Source of the DNA: Candidatus Latescibacterota bacterium
GTDB lineage: Bacteria > Latescibacterota > UBA2968 > UBA8231
Assembly: GCA_964291625.2 (NCBI GenBank)
Contig: OZ220090.1
Coordinates: forward strand, 800,001-864,000
Reading direction: 5' to 3'
DNA: 64,000 nucleotides
Shown: positions 42,620 to 51,961 of the stretch, piece by piece
Layout: each line of letters begins with the position of its first letter
Position numbering within the stretch: the stretch's first letter is position 1
Made by a program: the position numbers and the translations under genes
Notes under the pieces: generated by a model
The model's database searches: none
Seen by the model: only the letters and a program-made list of their open reading frames with translations
What the model was told of the DNA's origin: nothing

Positions 42620-43534
42620 ATGACCGAATCCCGCAGCCGGCGCCGCCTGCCGGCCTGGTTGAAGGCGAAGGCGCCCGGCAGCCCCGGCTACCTGAGGCTG
42701 AAGCGCCTGATCAAGGGGCTGGACCTGAACACGGTCTGCGAGAGCGCCCACTGCCCCAACATCGGCGAGTGCTGGTCCGCCGGCACCGCCACCTTCATGA
42801 TCCTCGGAGACGTGTGCACCCGCAGTTGCGGGTTCTGCGCGATCCAGACCGGGCGCCCCACCCACCTGGATCACGAGGAGCCCGAACGCGTGGCCGAGGC
42901 GATCGCGCGGCTGCACCTGCGCCACGCTGTCATCACCTCCGTCAACCGGGACGAGCTGTCCGACGGAGGCGCCTCGATCTTCGCCCGCACGATCCGCGCC
43001 GTTCACCAACGCTGCCCGGAGACCTCGGTGGAGGTGCTGATCCCCGACTTCCAGGGCAACTGGGAGGCCCTCGCCGAGGTCCTCGACGCCGGGCCCGAGA
43101 TCCTCAACCACAACCTCGAGACCGTGCCGCGGCTCTACCGCCGCATGCGGCCCCAGGCGCGATACGAGCGCTCCCTGGAGTTGCTCGACCGGGCCCGCTC
43201 CCTCGGGCCGGCGCCGACCAAGTCGGGCATGATGCTGGGCGCCGGCGAGACCCGAGCGGAGGTGGACCGGTCGATCCGCGACCTGGCCGCCGTCGGCTGC
43301 AGCATCCTGACCCTCGGCCAGTACCTGTCCCCCTCGGAGCAGCACGTGCCCGTGGACCGCTTCGTCCCCCCCGAGGAGTTCGAAGAGCTCGGAGTGTTCG
43401 CCCGGGCCGTAGGCTTCGGCCACGTCGAATCGGGTCCGCTGGTGCGCAGCTCCTACCACGCCGAGCGCCAGGTGGGCGACCTTGCGGCTGCCGGCGGAAG
43501 CTCTCCCGTGGAGATTGCCAGAGGAGGTCCATGA
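42620..43534 (+). CDS. lipA: lipoyl synthase
   Basis: CESAHCPNIGEC, CTRSCGFC, VRSSYHA motifs. Confidence 0.96.
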   Translation: MTESRSRRRLPAWLKAKAPGSPGYLRLKRLIKGLDLNTVCESAHCPNIGECWSAGTATFMILGDVCTRSCGFCAIQTGRPTHLDHEEPERVAEAIARLHLRHAVITSVNRDELSDGGASIFARTIRAVHQRCPETSVEVLIPDFQGNWEALAEVLDAGPEILNHNLETVPRLYRRMRPQARYERSLELLDRARSLGPAPTKSGMMLGAGETRAEVDRSIRDLAAVGCSILTLGQYLSPSEQHVPVDRFVPPEEFEELGVFARAVGFGHVESGPLVRSSYHAERQVGDLAAAGGSSPVEIARGGP

Positions 43535-44538
43535 CCCTCGACGAGAAGTCCCTGGCGGGCTACCTCAAGCGAAAGAAGCTGACCGGCGAGGGCGAGGGCG
43601 TACTCGATGTGCGCCAGGTCGGCGACGGGCTGAAGAACCTGGTCTACGTGGTGGTCACCACCGAGCAGCGGCTGGTGGTCAAGCAGGCCCACTGGCGGGT
43701 GCAGGTGAAGCAGCGGTGGTGGACGGACCGCAAGCGGCTCTTCGCCGAGAAGTCCTGCATCGAAACCCTGGCCAACATCCTGCCGCCCCAGGTGCTCCCC
43801 GAGGTCCTGCTGGAGGACCGGACCAACTTCGTCCTGGTGACCACGGCTCCCCCGCGCGACGCCACGGTCTGGGCCGACGAGCTGGACAGGGGCCGCATCG
43901 ATCTGCAGATCGCATCCCAGGCCGGCGAGCTGCTGGCGGCGGTGCACAACCAGACCGCCGAGATGGGCGATCTGGAGACGCTCTTCAAGGAGACCAAGCC
44001 CTTCGAGCAGCTCCGGGTGGAGCCCCTCTACGGGCAGGTGGCCGCCGCCTTCCCCGAGATCCGGCCGGCGGTCACGGCGCAGGCCCGGGCCCTGATGGAG
44101 GGTGGCCGCTGCCTGGTCCTCGGGGACCTGCGGCCACGCAACATCCTCATCGACAGCGGCGAGCTGTACCTGGTCGACTTCGCCACCGCCCACTTCGGGC
44201 AGCCCTCCTTCGACCTCGGCTTCTACGCCGGCGACATGTGCCTGAAGGCGATGCTCAACCACCCGCAGAAAGCCGCCTACCTCGAGGCGATCAACGTGTT
44301 CTGGGGTGCCTACACCCGCACCGCCGAGTACGGGGGAGCGGAGGCGGTGGGCAAGTCGGCGGTGCGCGACTTCGGCTGCCTGCTCCTGGCCCAGGTCTGC
44401 GGCCGGCGGCCGGTGTACGAGGGCGACGAGGCCTTCCGCGACCTCGCCTTCCGCATTTCGCGGAACCTTCTGTCCACCGAGGCGGAGAAGATCGAGGACA
44501 TTACCGAATCCATCAATCGAACCCTGATCGATGGATGA
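43531..44538 (+). CDS. APH/MtnK-like phosphotransferase
   Basis: VGDGLKNLVY, VVKQA, LGDLRPRNIL, LVDF, FDLGF motifs. SD GAGGAGG. Confidence 0.75.
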   Translation: MTLDEKSLAGYLKRKKLTGEGEGVLDVRQVGDGLKNLVYVVVTTEQRLVVKQAHWRVQVKQRWWTDRKRLFAEKSCIETLANILPPQVLPEVLLEDRTNFVLVTTAPPRDATVWADELDRGRIDLQIASQAGELLAAVHNQTAEMGDLETLFKETKPFEQLRVEPLYGQVAAAFPEIRPAVTAQARALMEGGRCLVLGDLRPRNILIDSGELYLVDFATAHFGQPSFDLGFYAGDMCLKAMLNHPQKAAYLEAINVFWGAYTRTAEYGGAEAVGKSAVRDFGCLLLAQVCGRRPVYEGDEAFRDLAFRISRNLLSTEAEKIEDITESINRTLIDG

Positions 44539-46077
44539 GGCGCGCCCCCGCCGCCATCCTGCTCGCCCTCTCTGGCGTGCGCTCCCGGCCCCGCCTCCGA
44601 CCCCGGTGACCCCCGGGCCGGCGTGCCGCCGCCGGCACGCGAGTTCCGCGCCGTCTGGGTGGCCACCGTCGACAACATCGACTGGCCCTCCAGGCCCGGG
44701 CTGACGTCCGGACGTCAACGGCTCGAGGCGCGGGCGATCCTGGACCGGAGCCGCGACCTCGGGCTCAACGCCGTCGTCCTCCAGGTCCGTCCTCACTGCG
44801 ACGCCCTCTACGTCTCTCCCCTGGAGCCGTGGTCCTACTACCTGAGCGGCCGTCCGGGAGAGCCGCCGGAGCCGCCGTACGATCCCCTGGAGTTCTGGGT
44901 GGAAGAGGCCCACGCCCGCGGGCTCGAGCTGCACGCCTGGCTCAACCCCTACCGTGCCGACCATCCCGCCAACCGGGAAGGACTGGCGCCGGGGTCGATC
45001 GCCAGCCGACGGCCCGACCTCGTGCGCACCCTCGGCGACAGCGGCTACCTGTGGCTCGATCCCGGCTCCGAGGAGGTGCGGGAGCTCACCCTCGCCGTGT
45101 TCCTCGACGTGGCCGGGCGCTACGACGTGGACGGCGTGCACCTGGACGACTACTTCTACCCCTACCCTTCCTACAGCGGCGGCGGCGACTTCCCCGACGA
45201 ACCCACCTGGCAGGCCTACCTGGAGGACGGCGGCGGCCTCGAGAGGGCGGACTGGCGGCGGCAGAACGTCGACCGCTTCGTCGAGAGCCTCTACACCCGC
45301 CTGCGGGACCTGCCGCGGCCGGTGAAGCTCGGCATCAGCCCCTTCGGGATCTGGCGACCGGGGCACCCGCCCTCGGTCCGGGCCGGAGTCGACCAGTACG
45401 GCATGCTCTTCGCCGACCCCCGGCGCTGGCTGCACGAGGGCTGGCTCGATTACTGCGCCCCCCAGCTCTACTGGCCGATCTCCAAGGTGCCCCAGAGCTT
45501 CCCGGTCCTGCTCGCCTGGTGGGCTCGCAACAACCCCCACGGACGCCACGTGTGGCCGGGGTTGTTCACCTCCTCCGTGGCCGAACGGGGATGGGCGGCC
45601 CGGGAGATCGTCGACCAGATCATGGTCACCCGGGGCCTGCTGGACCCCGGCCCGGGGCACATCCACTTCAGCGCCCGCGCCGTTCTCGACTCGGGCCGCG
45701 TGGGGGCCCGGGGGAACCGGCTCAACGCGGCCCTGGCCAAGGGGCCGTACCGGGGCCCGGCGCTGGCCCCGGCCACCCCCTGGCTGGACGACGAGCCTCC
45801 CGGGGCGCCGGCGGTGAAGGCCCGCGTGGACGACGGCGAGCTTCTGCTGGACTGGTCCAGGCCGGAGGGCGAGGCGCCTTTCCTCTACGTGGTCTACACC
45901 AAGGGTCGGGAGACAGGGTGGCGCCACCGCATCGTCCCGGCGGCGCGCACGGAGCTGCGTTTGCCCCACGGGGAAGCCGGGGGGAAGAGCGCGGTGGAGT
46001 CGGTGGCGGTCACCTCCGTGGACCGCATGGGCAACGAGAGCGAGCTGCGCGCTCACAACCTCGAGAGCCTGCTTTGA
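44535..46077 (+). CDS. glycosyl hydrolase-like family 10 (GHL10, YddW/DigH-like) lipoprotein; frameshift in signal peptide near 44571
   Basis: REFRAVWVATVDNIDWPS, HAWLNPYR, DGVHLDDYFYPY, PQLYW motifs. ATGA overlap at 44535; the lipobox LAC lies in the downstream frame. Confidence 0.85.
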
Positions 46078-46091
46078 GGCCGCCGCCGCCG

Positions 46092-46120
46092 TTGCCCCTG
46101 TCCGGGGCATCGGGCATATT
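46092..46120 (+). promoter_or_regulatory. sigma70-like promoter of the corrinoid operon (near-leaderless)
   Basis: TTGCCC-17bp-CATATT; ATG 10 nt downstream, no SD. Confidence 0.45.
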
Positions 46121-46130
46121 TCCCGGGATC

Positions 46131-46787
46131 ATGCCCGCCATCGCCGACATCGGAACACGGATCGAGCTGGTGCCCATGGACGGGCACTTCCACGACATCA
46201 CCGTGGCCCTCTACCGTCAGCCCACCGCGGCCGGCCCCGCCTTCCTCGTGCACACCTACAGCGCCCTCGACGGAGCGGAGAGTCGCCTCGAGGACATCCG
46301 CAGCCTCATGATGACCCTGGGCGGCCTGCAGCCCTCGGTGGAGGCGCCCGGCCTGCTGGCCTTCCCCTGCGGGGCGGAGCACGGGCTGGCCGTCCGCCGC
46401 CTCTTCCTCGAGGCATGCAAGGCCGGCACGGCCGAGGACGCCTCCCCTCCCCCCCTGTCGACGGTGGACCGCAAGTCGGGACTGACCATCGTCGCCGAGC
46501 CCCTGGGAGAGGGTCAGTACCGGGTGGAGGCGGTGGGAGAGGCCGACGAGGCAGACCGCTCCCGCCGAGTGGGCGTGATCGTCAACGGCCTCATGAAGCT
46601 GGGGGAGATGCGGAGGGTCGAGGGCGCCGCCGACTGTGTCGGCTTCGACTGCGGCTACTCCCACGACGAGCTCGTGGGGCTGCTCCTGGTGCGCGCGCCG
46701 AACGTGCGCGCCATCGTCCGCGAACAACAGGCGCTGGCCGCCCGCGGCGTGCTGGCGGCACCGAGCCAACAGGGGGACGCACCATGA
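46131..46787 (+). CDS. hypothetical protein with duplicated F-x-C-G-x-x-H motif, first gene of corrinoid operon
   Basis: 218 aa; FPCGAEH and FDCGYSH within two similar ~45 aa segments. ATGA coupling to the next gene. Confidence 0.75.
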   Translation: MPAIADIGTRIELVPMDGHFHDITVALYRQPTAAGPAFLVHTYSALDGAESRLEDIRSLMMTLGGLQPSVEAPGLLAFPCGAEHGLAVRRLFLEACKAGTAEDASPPPLSTVDRKSGLTIVAEPLGEGQYRVEAVGEADEADRSRRVGVIVNGLMKLGEMRRVEGAADCVGFDCGYSHDELVGLLLVRAPNVRAIVREQQALAARGVLAAPSQQGDAP

Positions 46788-47815
46788 CAACTCCCGCCAT
46801 GAACAGCAGGCAACGGGTCCTGGCGGCCCTGGGGCGCCAGCCCGTGGACCGCACGCCGGTGTGCAATCCGACTTCGGTGGCGACGGTGGAGCTGATGGAC
46901 CTGGTGGACGCGCCCTTCCCCGCCGCCAACCGCGAGGCCGAGCTCATGGCCAGGCTGGCGGCTACCGGGTACACCGAACTCGGCTTCGACAGCATCATGC
47001 CCGTGTTCTCCATCATCCAGGAGTCCGCGGCCCTGGGCTGCAAGATCCAGTGGGAGCAGAAGGACAACTGGCCCACGGTGAAGATGCGCGAGCCGATCTG
47101 GACCTCCGTCGACGACATCGACATCACCCCCGGCCTGCTCACCCACCCGGACACGAAGTGCGTCCTCGACGCCCTCACCATCCTCCGCCGGGAGTACGGC
47201 GACGAGGCCGCCATCATCGGCAAGACCATGGGCCCCTGGTCTCTCGCCTATCACTGCTTCGGCGTGGAGCCCTTCCTGCTCATGTCCCTCGACGACCCGG
47301 ACCAGACGAAGCGCATCCTCGACGTCCTCAAGGAGGTGACCGTCGACTTCGGGATCGCCCAGGTCGAGGCCGGCGCCGACGCCCTCACCCTCCCCGACCA
47401 CGCCACCGGCGACCTGGTGAGCGGCTCCTACTACGAACGTTACCTGCGCGACCTGCACATCGAGTTCGCCGAGCGCATCCCCTGCCCCATCATCCTGCAC
47501 ATCTGCGGCCGCACCGTGGACCGCATGGAGTTCATCGCCCAGACGGGCATGGCCGCCTTCCACTACGACTCCAAGAACGAGCCCGACGAGTCGCGGGAGA
47601 TCGTGGGCGAGCGCATCAGCCTCGTGGGCAACATCAACAACCCCGAGACCTTGTTCTCCAAAGAGCCGGAAGACGTGGCCGCCGAGGTGGTGAAGAACCT
47701 CGATGCCGGCGTGCAGCTCGTCGGGCCGGAGTGCGCCATCCCCCTGCAGACCGCCATCGAGAACCTGCGCGCCATCCCGTCGGCGGTGCAGGAATGGCAT
47801 GCGCTGAACAACTGA
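46784..47815 (+). CDS. MtaA/CmuA family (URO-D fold) Zn methyltransferase
   Basis: SRQRVLAAL…VDRTPV, ESAALGC, GPWSLA, ILHICG (HxC) and GPEC Zn ligands. Confidence 0.88.
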   Translation: MTTPAMNSRQRVLAALGRQPVDRTPVCNPTSVATVELMDLVDAPFPAANREAELMARLAATGYTELGFDSIMPVFSIIQESAALGCKIQWEQKDNWPTVKMREPIWTSVDDIDITPGLLTHPDTKCVLDALTILRREYGDEAAIIGKTMGPWSLAYHCFGVEPFLLMSLDDPDQTKRILDVLKEVTVDFGIAQVEAGADALTLPDHATGDLVSGSYYERYLRDLHIEFAERIPCPIILHICGRTVDRMEFIAQTGMAAFHYDSKNEPDESREIVGERISLVGNINNPETLFSKEPEDVAAEVVKNLDAGVQLVGPECAIPLQTAIENLRAIPSAVQEWHALNN

Positions 47816-47902
47816 CGATGCCTGGTTCCCGCAACAGCCGACAGTGCAGATGGCGCGCCATCCCCGGGACCGTACGCCCGTGGCACCGGCAGGCGAACTG
47901 AC

Positions 47903-48652
47903 TTGCCTGAACTCGCCGACATCCACAACGAGATCCTCCGCTTCGAGATCGAGGAGTACATCGAAAGACCGGAGGAGATCGAGCGCTTCGTGGGGACCTT
48001 CGCCGCGGCGCGGCCGATCAACCAGGACATGGCAGCCGCCCTGATCGAGGGCGACCATCACACCGTCGACGCCCTCGCCGCGCAGGCCCTGGAGGAGGGT
48101 ATCGAGGCGCTGGAGGTGATGGACGACGGACTGATCGCGGGCATGGGCATCGTGGGCGTCAAGTTCCGGGAGAACTTCATCTTCGTGCCCGAGGTACTCG
48201 CCTGCGCCCGGGCCATGAAGGCGGGCATGGCCCACATCGAGCCGATCCTGTCGGCCTCGGGAGCCGAGAAGGCGGGCACGGTGGTGATGGGGACGGTGAA
48301 AGGCGACCTCCACGACATCGGCAAGAACCTGTGCATCATGATGCTCAACGGCGCCGGCTTCGACGTCATCGACCTCGGCGTCGACACCTCGGAAGACGAG
48401 TTCATCGACGCCGTGGAGGAGTCCGGGGCCCGGCTGCTGGGGATGTCGGCGCTGCTGACGACGACCATGCCCAACATGGGCAAGACGATCGAGGCCTTCA
48501 TCGACGCCGACCTGCGCGACGACGTGCAGATCATGGTGGGAGGCGCCCCGGTGACCCAGGAGTTCGCCGAGGACATGGGCGCCGACGGCTACGGCAAGGA
48601 CGCCCTGGCCTGCGTCGAGCTGGCCAAGCAGCTGGCTCAGAACGGGAGCTGA
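47903..48652 (+). CDS. methyltransferase cognate corrinoid protein (MtaC/MtbC-like)
   Basis: GLIAGM…FVPEVL cap domain; GDLHDIGKNL (DxHxxG), GMSALL, MVGGA. Confidence 0.93.
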   Translation: MPELADIHNEILRFEIEEYIERPEEIERFVGTFAAARPINQDMAAALIEGDHHTVDALAAQALEEGIEALEVMDDGLIAGMGIVGVKFRENFIFVPEVLACARAMKAGMAHIEPILSASGAEKAGTVVMGTVKGDLHDIGKNLCIMMLNGAGFDVIDLGVDTSEDEFIDAVEESGARLLGMSALLTTTMPNMGKTIEAFIDADLRDDVQIMVGGAPVTQEFAEDMGADGYGKDALACVELAKQLAQNGS

Positions 48653-49002
48653 TGGCTGGGGTCCGGCCCGAAGAGGTGCAGAAGCGCTTCGACCGCCTCA
48701 CCGAGATTTTCGGCGGCATCGTCGAGCACGCCGACGCCCAGGCGTCGTGGCGGTGCCCGTACCGGAACCGGCACGACCTGTGCACGGCCAAGTTCCACTG
48801 CAGGAACCAGACCCCCGCCGCACCCGACGCCGCCGAGCCGGCCGCCGACGGCGATCTCTACTGCTCCCACGACGGCCGCTTCGACTACCGCAGCGCCTGG
48901 GAGTCCGATCCGCGCACCGGCGAGCGGGCCCGCCAGCGCCTCGAGACCATCCGCGAGCGCGCCGCCGAGGGCCGCCAGGGGCGCCGCGGCCCCCGGCGCT
49001 AG
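48652..49002 (+). CDS. small Cys-rich hypothetical protein
   Basis: 116 aa; RCPYRNRHDLCTAKFHCRNQ…YCSHD; TGATG coupling. Confidence 0.75.
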   Translation: MAGVRPEEVQKRFDRLTEIFGGIVEHADAQASWRCPYRNRHDLCTAKFHCRNQTPAAPDAAEPAADGDLYCSHDGRFDYRSAWESDPRTGERARQRLETIRERAAEGRQGRRGPRR

Positions 49003-49020
49003 ACGGCCGGCCCCCCGGCC

Positions 49021-50667
49021 ATGGCCGTCGTCCGCGCCCCCGGCCTCGAGCCTCGGAGGCTGACACCGGGGCGCACCCTCTTCGACTACGCCGACGACCT
49101 GCGGCTGCGGGTCCCCACCTCGTGCCTGCGCAACGGCTACTGCCACGAGTGCGTGGTCGAGGTCCACGGGGGCATGGAGGCCCTGCGCCCCCGCTCCCCG
49201 GCGGAACAGTTCCTCCGCGATCCCTACCGCCTCGCCTGTCAGGCCCTGGTCGTCGAGGACCTCGACGTCGAGTTCGAGCCCCTCCGGCGGTCGCCGCAGA
49301 TCCTCTCCGACACCCGGCCCCGGCCTGTCGAGCTCGACCCCGTCGTCCGCCGCCGCGGCGACGAGGTCCTCTACGACGGCGAGCCCGTCGACCGCTACCG
49401 GGGGCACCTCTACGGCCTGGCCATCGATCTCGGGACGACGACGATCGCCATGGACCTCGTCGACCTGGAGACGGGCGGCTCGGTCTGCGTCACCTCCTTC
49501 GAGAACCCCCAGCGCTTCGGGGGCTCCGACGTGATGCACCGCATCACCTACGACGGCGGCCCCCACCACGGGGAGCTGCAGAAGGCGGTGGCCACCGCCC
49601 TCAACCACCACATCGCCGACATGGGCCGCCGCCTCGGCTTCGTCCGCCAGGAGATCTACGAGATCGCCGTCGCCGGCAACCCGACCATGCGCGACCTGCT
49701 CTTCCGCCTGGACGTGCAGCCCATCGGCACCCGGCCCTACAAGTCGACGGTGGAGCGCGCCGTCCTCGACGGCGAACGGTCCACCACCGCCTGGGTGGAG
49801 AAGTCGCGGCGCCTGGGGATCCGCGCCAACATCCACACCCGCGTCTACGGCCTGCCCCTGATCGCCAGCCAGGTGGGCGCCGACACCGCCGCCGACCTGG
49901 TCGCCTGCGACCTGCTGGACGCCGAGGGGGACGAGGTGACCCTCCTGGTCGACGTGGGCACCAACACCGAGGTCGTCATCGCCGGGCGGGGGCGCATGGT
50001 GGCCGCCTCCTGTCCGGCGGGCCCGGCCTTCGAGGGCGGCCTCGTGGGCTGCGGCATGCCGGGCTACGAAGGCGCCATCGACTCGGTGCGCATCGACGAG
50101 ACGGGGGACTTCTCCTGGACCACCATCGGCGGCGCCGAGCCCATGGGCATCTGCGGCTCGGGCCTGGTGGACCTGCTCGCCGAGCTGCGGCGCACCGGCC
50201 GCATGTCGGAGAAGGGAGTCCTCGCAGGCGGCCGCCGGCGCAACCCGCGGCTGCAGGTGGCGCCCGAGCAGGGCGTCACCTTCTCCGCCGAGGACGCCAG
50301 CCACCTGGCCCAGGCCAAGGCGGCCAACTACTGCGGCCAGTATCTTCTCCTGCGCGAGTTCGGCATCGATCCCGCCGACGTGTCGCGGCTCTACCTGGCC
50401 GGGGGCTTCGCCAACTACGTCGACGCGGCCAACGCCGTGGCCATCGGCTTCCTGGCGCCGGTGCCGGCGGAGCGCGTCGTCAAGGTCGGCAACGCCGCCC
50501 TCCAGGGTGCCCGCGAGGTCCTGCTCAGCCGCGGCCGGCGCCGGCAGCTGGAAGCGGCGGTGGCCGGCATCGAGCATGTGGAACTGGAGACGGTGCCCGA
50601 GTTCTTCGACGCCTTCGTCGACGGCTGCATGTTCCGGCCCATGCCCCCGCGCGTCCTGAACCGATAG
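49021..50667 (+). CDS. ASKHA-domain reductive activator of corrinoid proteins (RACo/DUF4445) with [2Fe-2S] domain
   Basis: [10 protein letters not shown]…RLACQ; [34 protein letters not shown] motifs. Confidence 0.92.
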   Translation: MAVVRAPGLEPRRLTPGRTLFDYADDLRLRVPTSCLRNGYCHECVVEVHGGMEALRPRSPAEQFLRDPYRLACQALVVEDLDVEFEPLRRSPQILSDTRPRPVELDPVVRRRGDEVLYDGEPVDRYRGHLYGLAIDLGTTTIAMDLVDLETGGSVCVTSFENPQRFGGSDVMHRITYDGGPHHGELQKAVATALNHHIADMGRRLGFVRQEIYEIAVAGNPTMRDLLFRLDVQPIGTRPYKSTVERAVLDGERSTTAWVEKSRRLGIRANIHTRVYGLPLIASQVGADTAADLVACDLLDAEGDEVTLLVDVGTNTEVVIAGRGRMVAASCPAGPAFEGGLVGCGMPGYEGAIDSVRIDETGDFSWTTIGGAEPMGICGSGLVDLLAELRRTGRMSEKGVLAGGRRRNPRLQVAPEQGVTFSAEDASHLAQAKAANYCGQYLLLREFGIDPADVSRLYLAGGFANYVDAANAVAIGFLAPVPAERVVKVGNAALQGAREVLLSRGRRRQLEAAVAGIEHVELETVPEFFDAFVDGCMFRPMPPRVLNR

Positions 50668-50675
50668 GAGTGCCC

Positions 50676-51695
50676 TTGCGGAGCTTCTCCGAGAGACTGA
50701 ACGACCCCGAGCCCGTCCTCTTCGACGGCGGTTTCGGCACCCAGCTCTTCGCCCGCGGCGTCGAGCTGCCCAACAGCGCCCTGGCCAACGCCCACCACGC
50801 CGACACCGTGGTAGAGGTCCACCGGGCCTACATCGAGGCCGGATCGGAGATGGTGCAGACCAACACCTTCGTCGCCTCCGCCCTGCACCTGGAGATGGCC
50901 GATGCCGGCGGTCTCTCGGCCGGCCACCTGGCCGGACTCGCAGCCGCCCATGCCCGGCGGGCCGTCGAGGAGAGCGGACGGGAGGTCTACGTGGCCGGCT
51001 CCCTGGGGCCCTCGCCCGGCGCGATCGAGGCCGACGCGGGAGACACCGACTTCGGCATCGCCGACGAGAAGGTCCGCGCCGCCCACCAGGAGGTCGCCGA
51101 GAGCCTGGTCTCCGGCGGCGTCGACCTGTTCCTGGTGGAGACCATGTTCTCGGCCCGGGAGGCGGCGATCGCCGTCGACGTGGCCCGGGGGTTCGGCCTG
51201 CCCGTGGCCGTCTGCCTGACCTACAAGTACACCCGGGACCGCCGCACCAGGCAGGTCGTCTACCGCACCGACTGGGGCCACTCCCCCGCCGACGCCGTGG
51301 AGATCCTCGGCTCCGGGGAGCACTCCGGCGGCGACGACCTGCTGCCCTCCATCCGGCTCCTCGGCCTCAACTGCGGCGCCGAGTCCACCCGCGAGGAGCA
51401 CTCGGGCATGGCCTACGCCATCGAGGGCACGAGGCAGACCGCCGAGGCCCTCGCCGCGCGCGGCCTGAACGGCCTCCGCCTGGCCGCCTACCCGAACGCG
51501 GGCCTGCCGAAGCTGGACCGCCAGACCCGGCAGACCTACTACCAGCAGGGGCCGGAGGTGATGTCCGCGCACCTCCACGAGCTGCGCCAGGCGGGGGGCT
51601 GGCTCATCGGCGGCTGCTGCGGCACCACGCCCGACCACATCCGCGCCTTCCGCGACGGCCTCGCCGCCGGCGCCGGCGGCGCCGACGATGGCTGA
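50676..51695 (+). CDS. homocysteine S-methyltransferase family protein (stand-alone MetH N-terminal domain)
   Basis: [19 protein letters not shown]…[46 protein letters not shown] before TTG. Confidence 0.9.
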   Translation: MRSFSERLNDPEPVLFDGGFGTQLFARGVELPNSALANAHHADTVVEVHRAYIEAGSEMVQTNTFVASALHLEMADAGGLSAGHLAGLAAAHARRAVEESGREVYVAGSLGPSPGAIEADAGDTDFGIADEKVRAAHQEVAESLVSGGVDLFLVETMFSAREAAIAVDVARGFGLPVAVCLTYKYTRDRRTRQVVYRTDWGHSPADAVEILGSGEHSGGDDLLPSIRLLGLNCGAESTREEHSGMAYAIEGTRQTAEALAARGLNGLRLAAYPNAGLPKLDRQTRQTYYQQGPEVMSAHLHELRQAGGWLIGGCCGTTPDHIRAFRDGLAAGAGGADDG

Positions 51696-51957
51696 GTACC
51701 AGGTCCTCTACTGGCGGGACATCCCCGCCCAGGTCCGCGTCTTCGGCGGCCGGCGGCCCCTCTCCCGGCCGCTGCCCGACCGCTTCCAGCAGGCCATCGA
51801 CCGCGTCGCCATGCGCGATGGTCTCGCCGGCACCGACGACTACCTGGCCCAGTGGCAGTGGACGGAGAAGCGCACCGGCGACGGCGAGCCGGAGGAGCTG
51901 CTCCACCGCCTCATCGAGGAACTGGCAGCGGCGTACGACGCCGCCAACCCCGGCTGA
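51688..51957 (+). CDS. 'Virulence_fact' family small protein
   Basis: [13 protein letters not shown]…[14 protein letters not shown]…DDYLAQW signature. Confidence 0.75.
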   Translation: MAEYQVLYWRDIPAQVRVFGGRRPLSRPLPDRFQQAIDRVAMRDGLAGTDDYLAQWQWTEKRTGDGEPEELLHRLIEELAAAYDAANPG

Positions 51958-51961
51958 AGCC

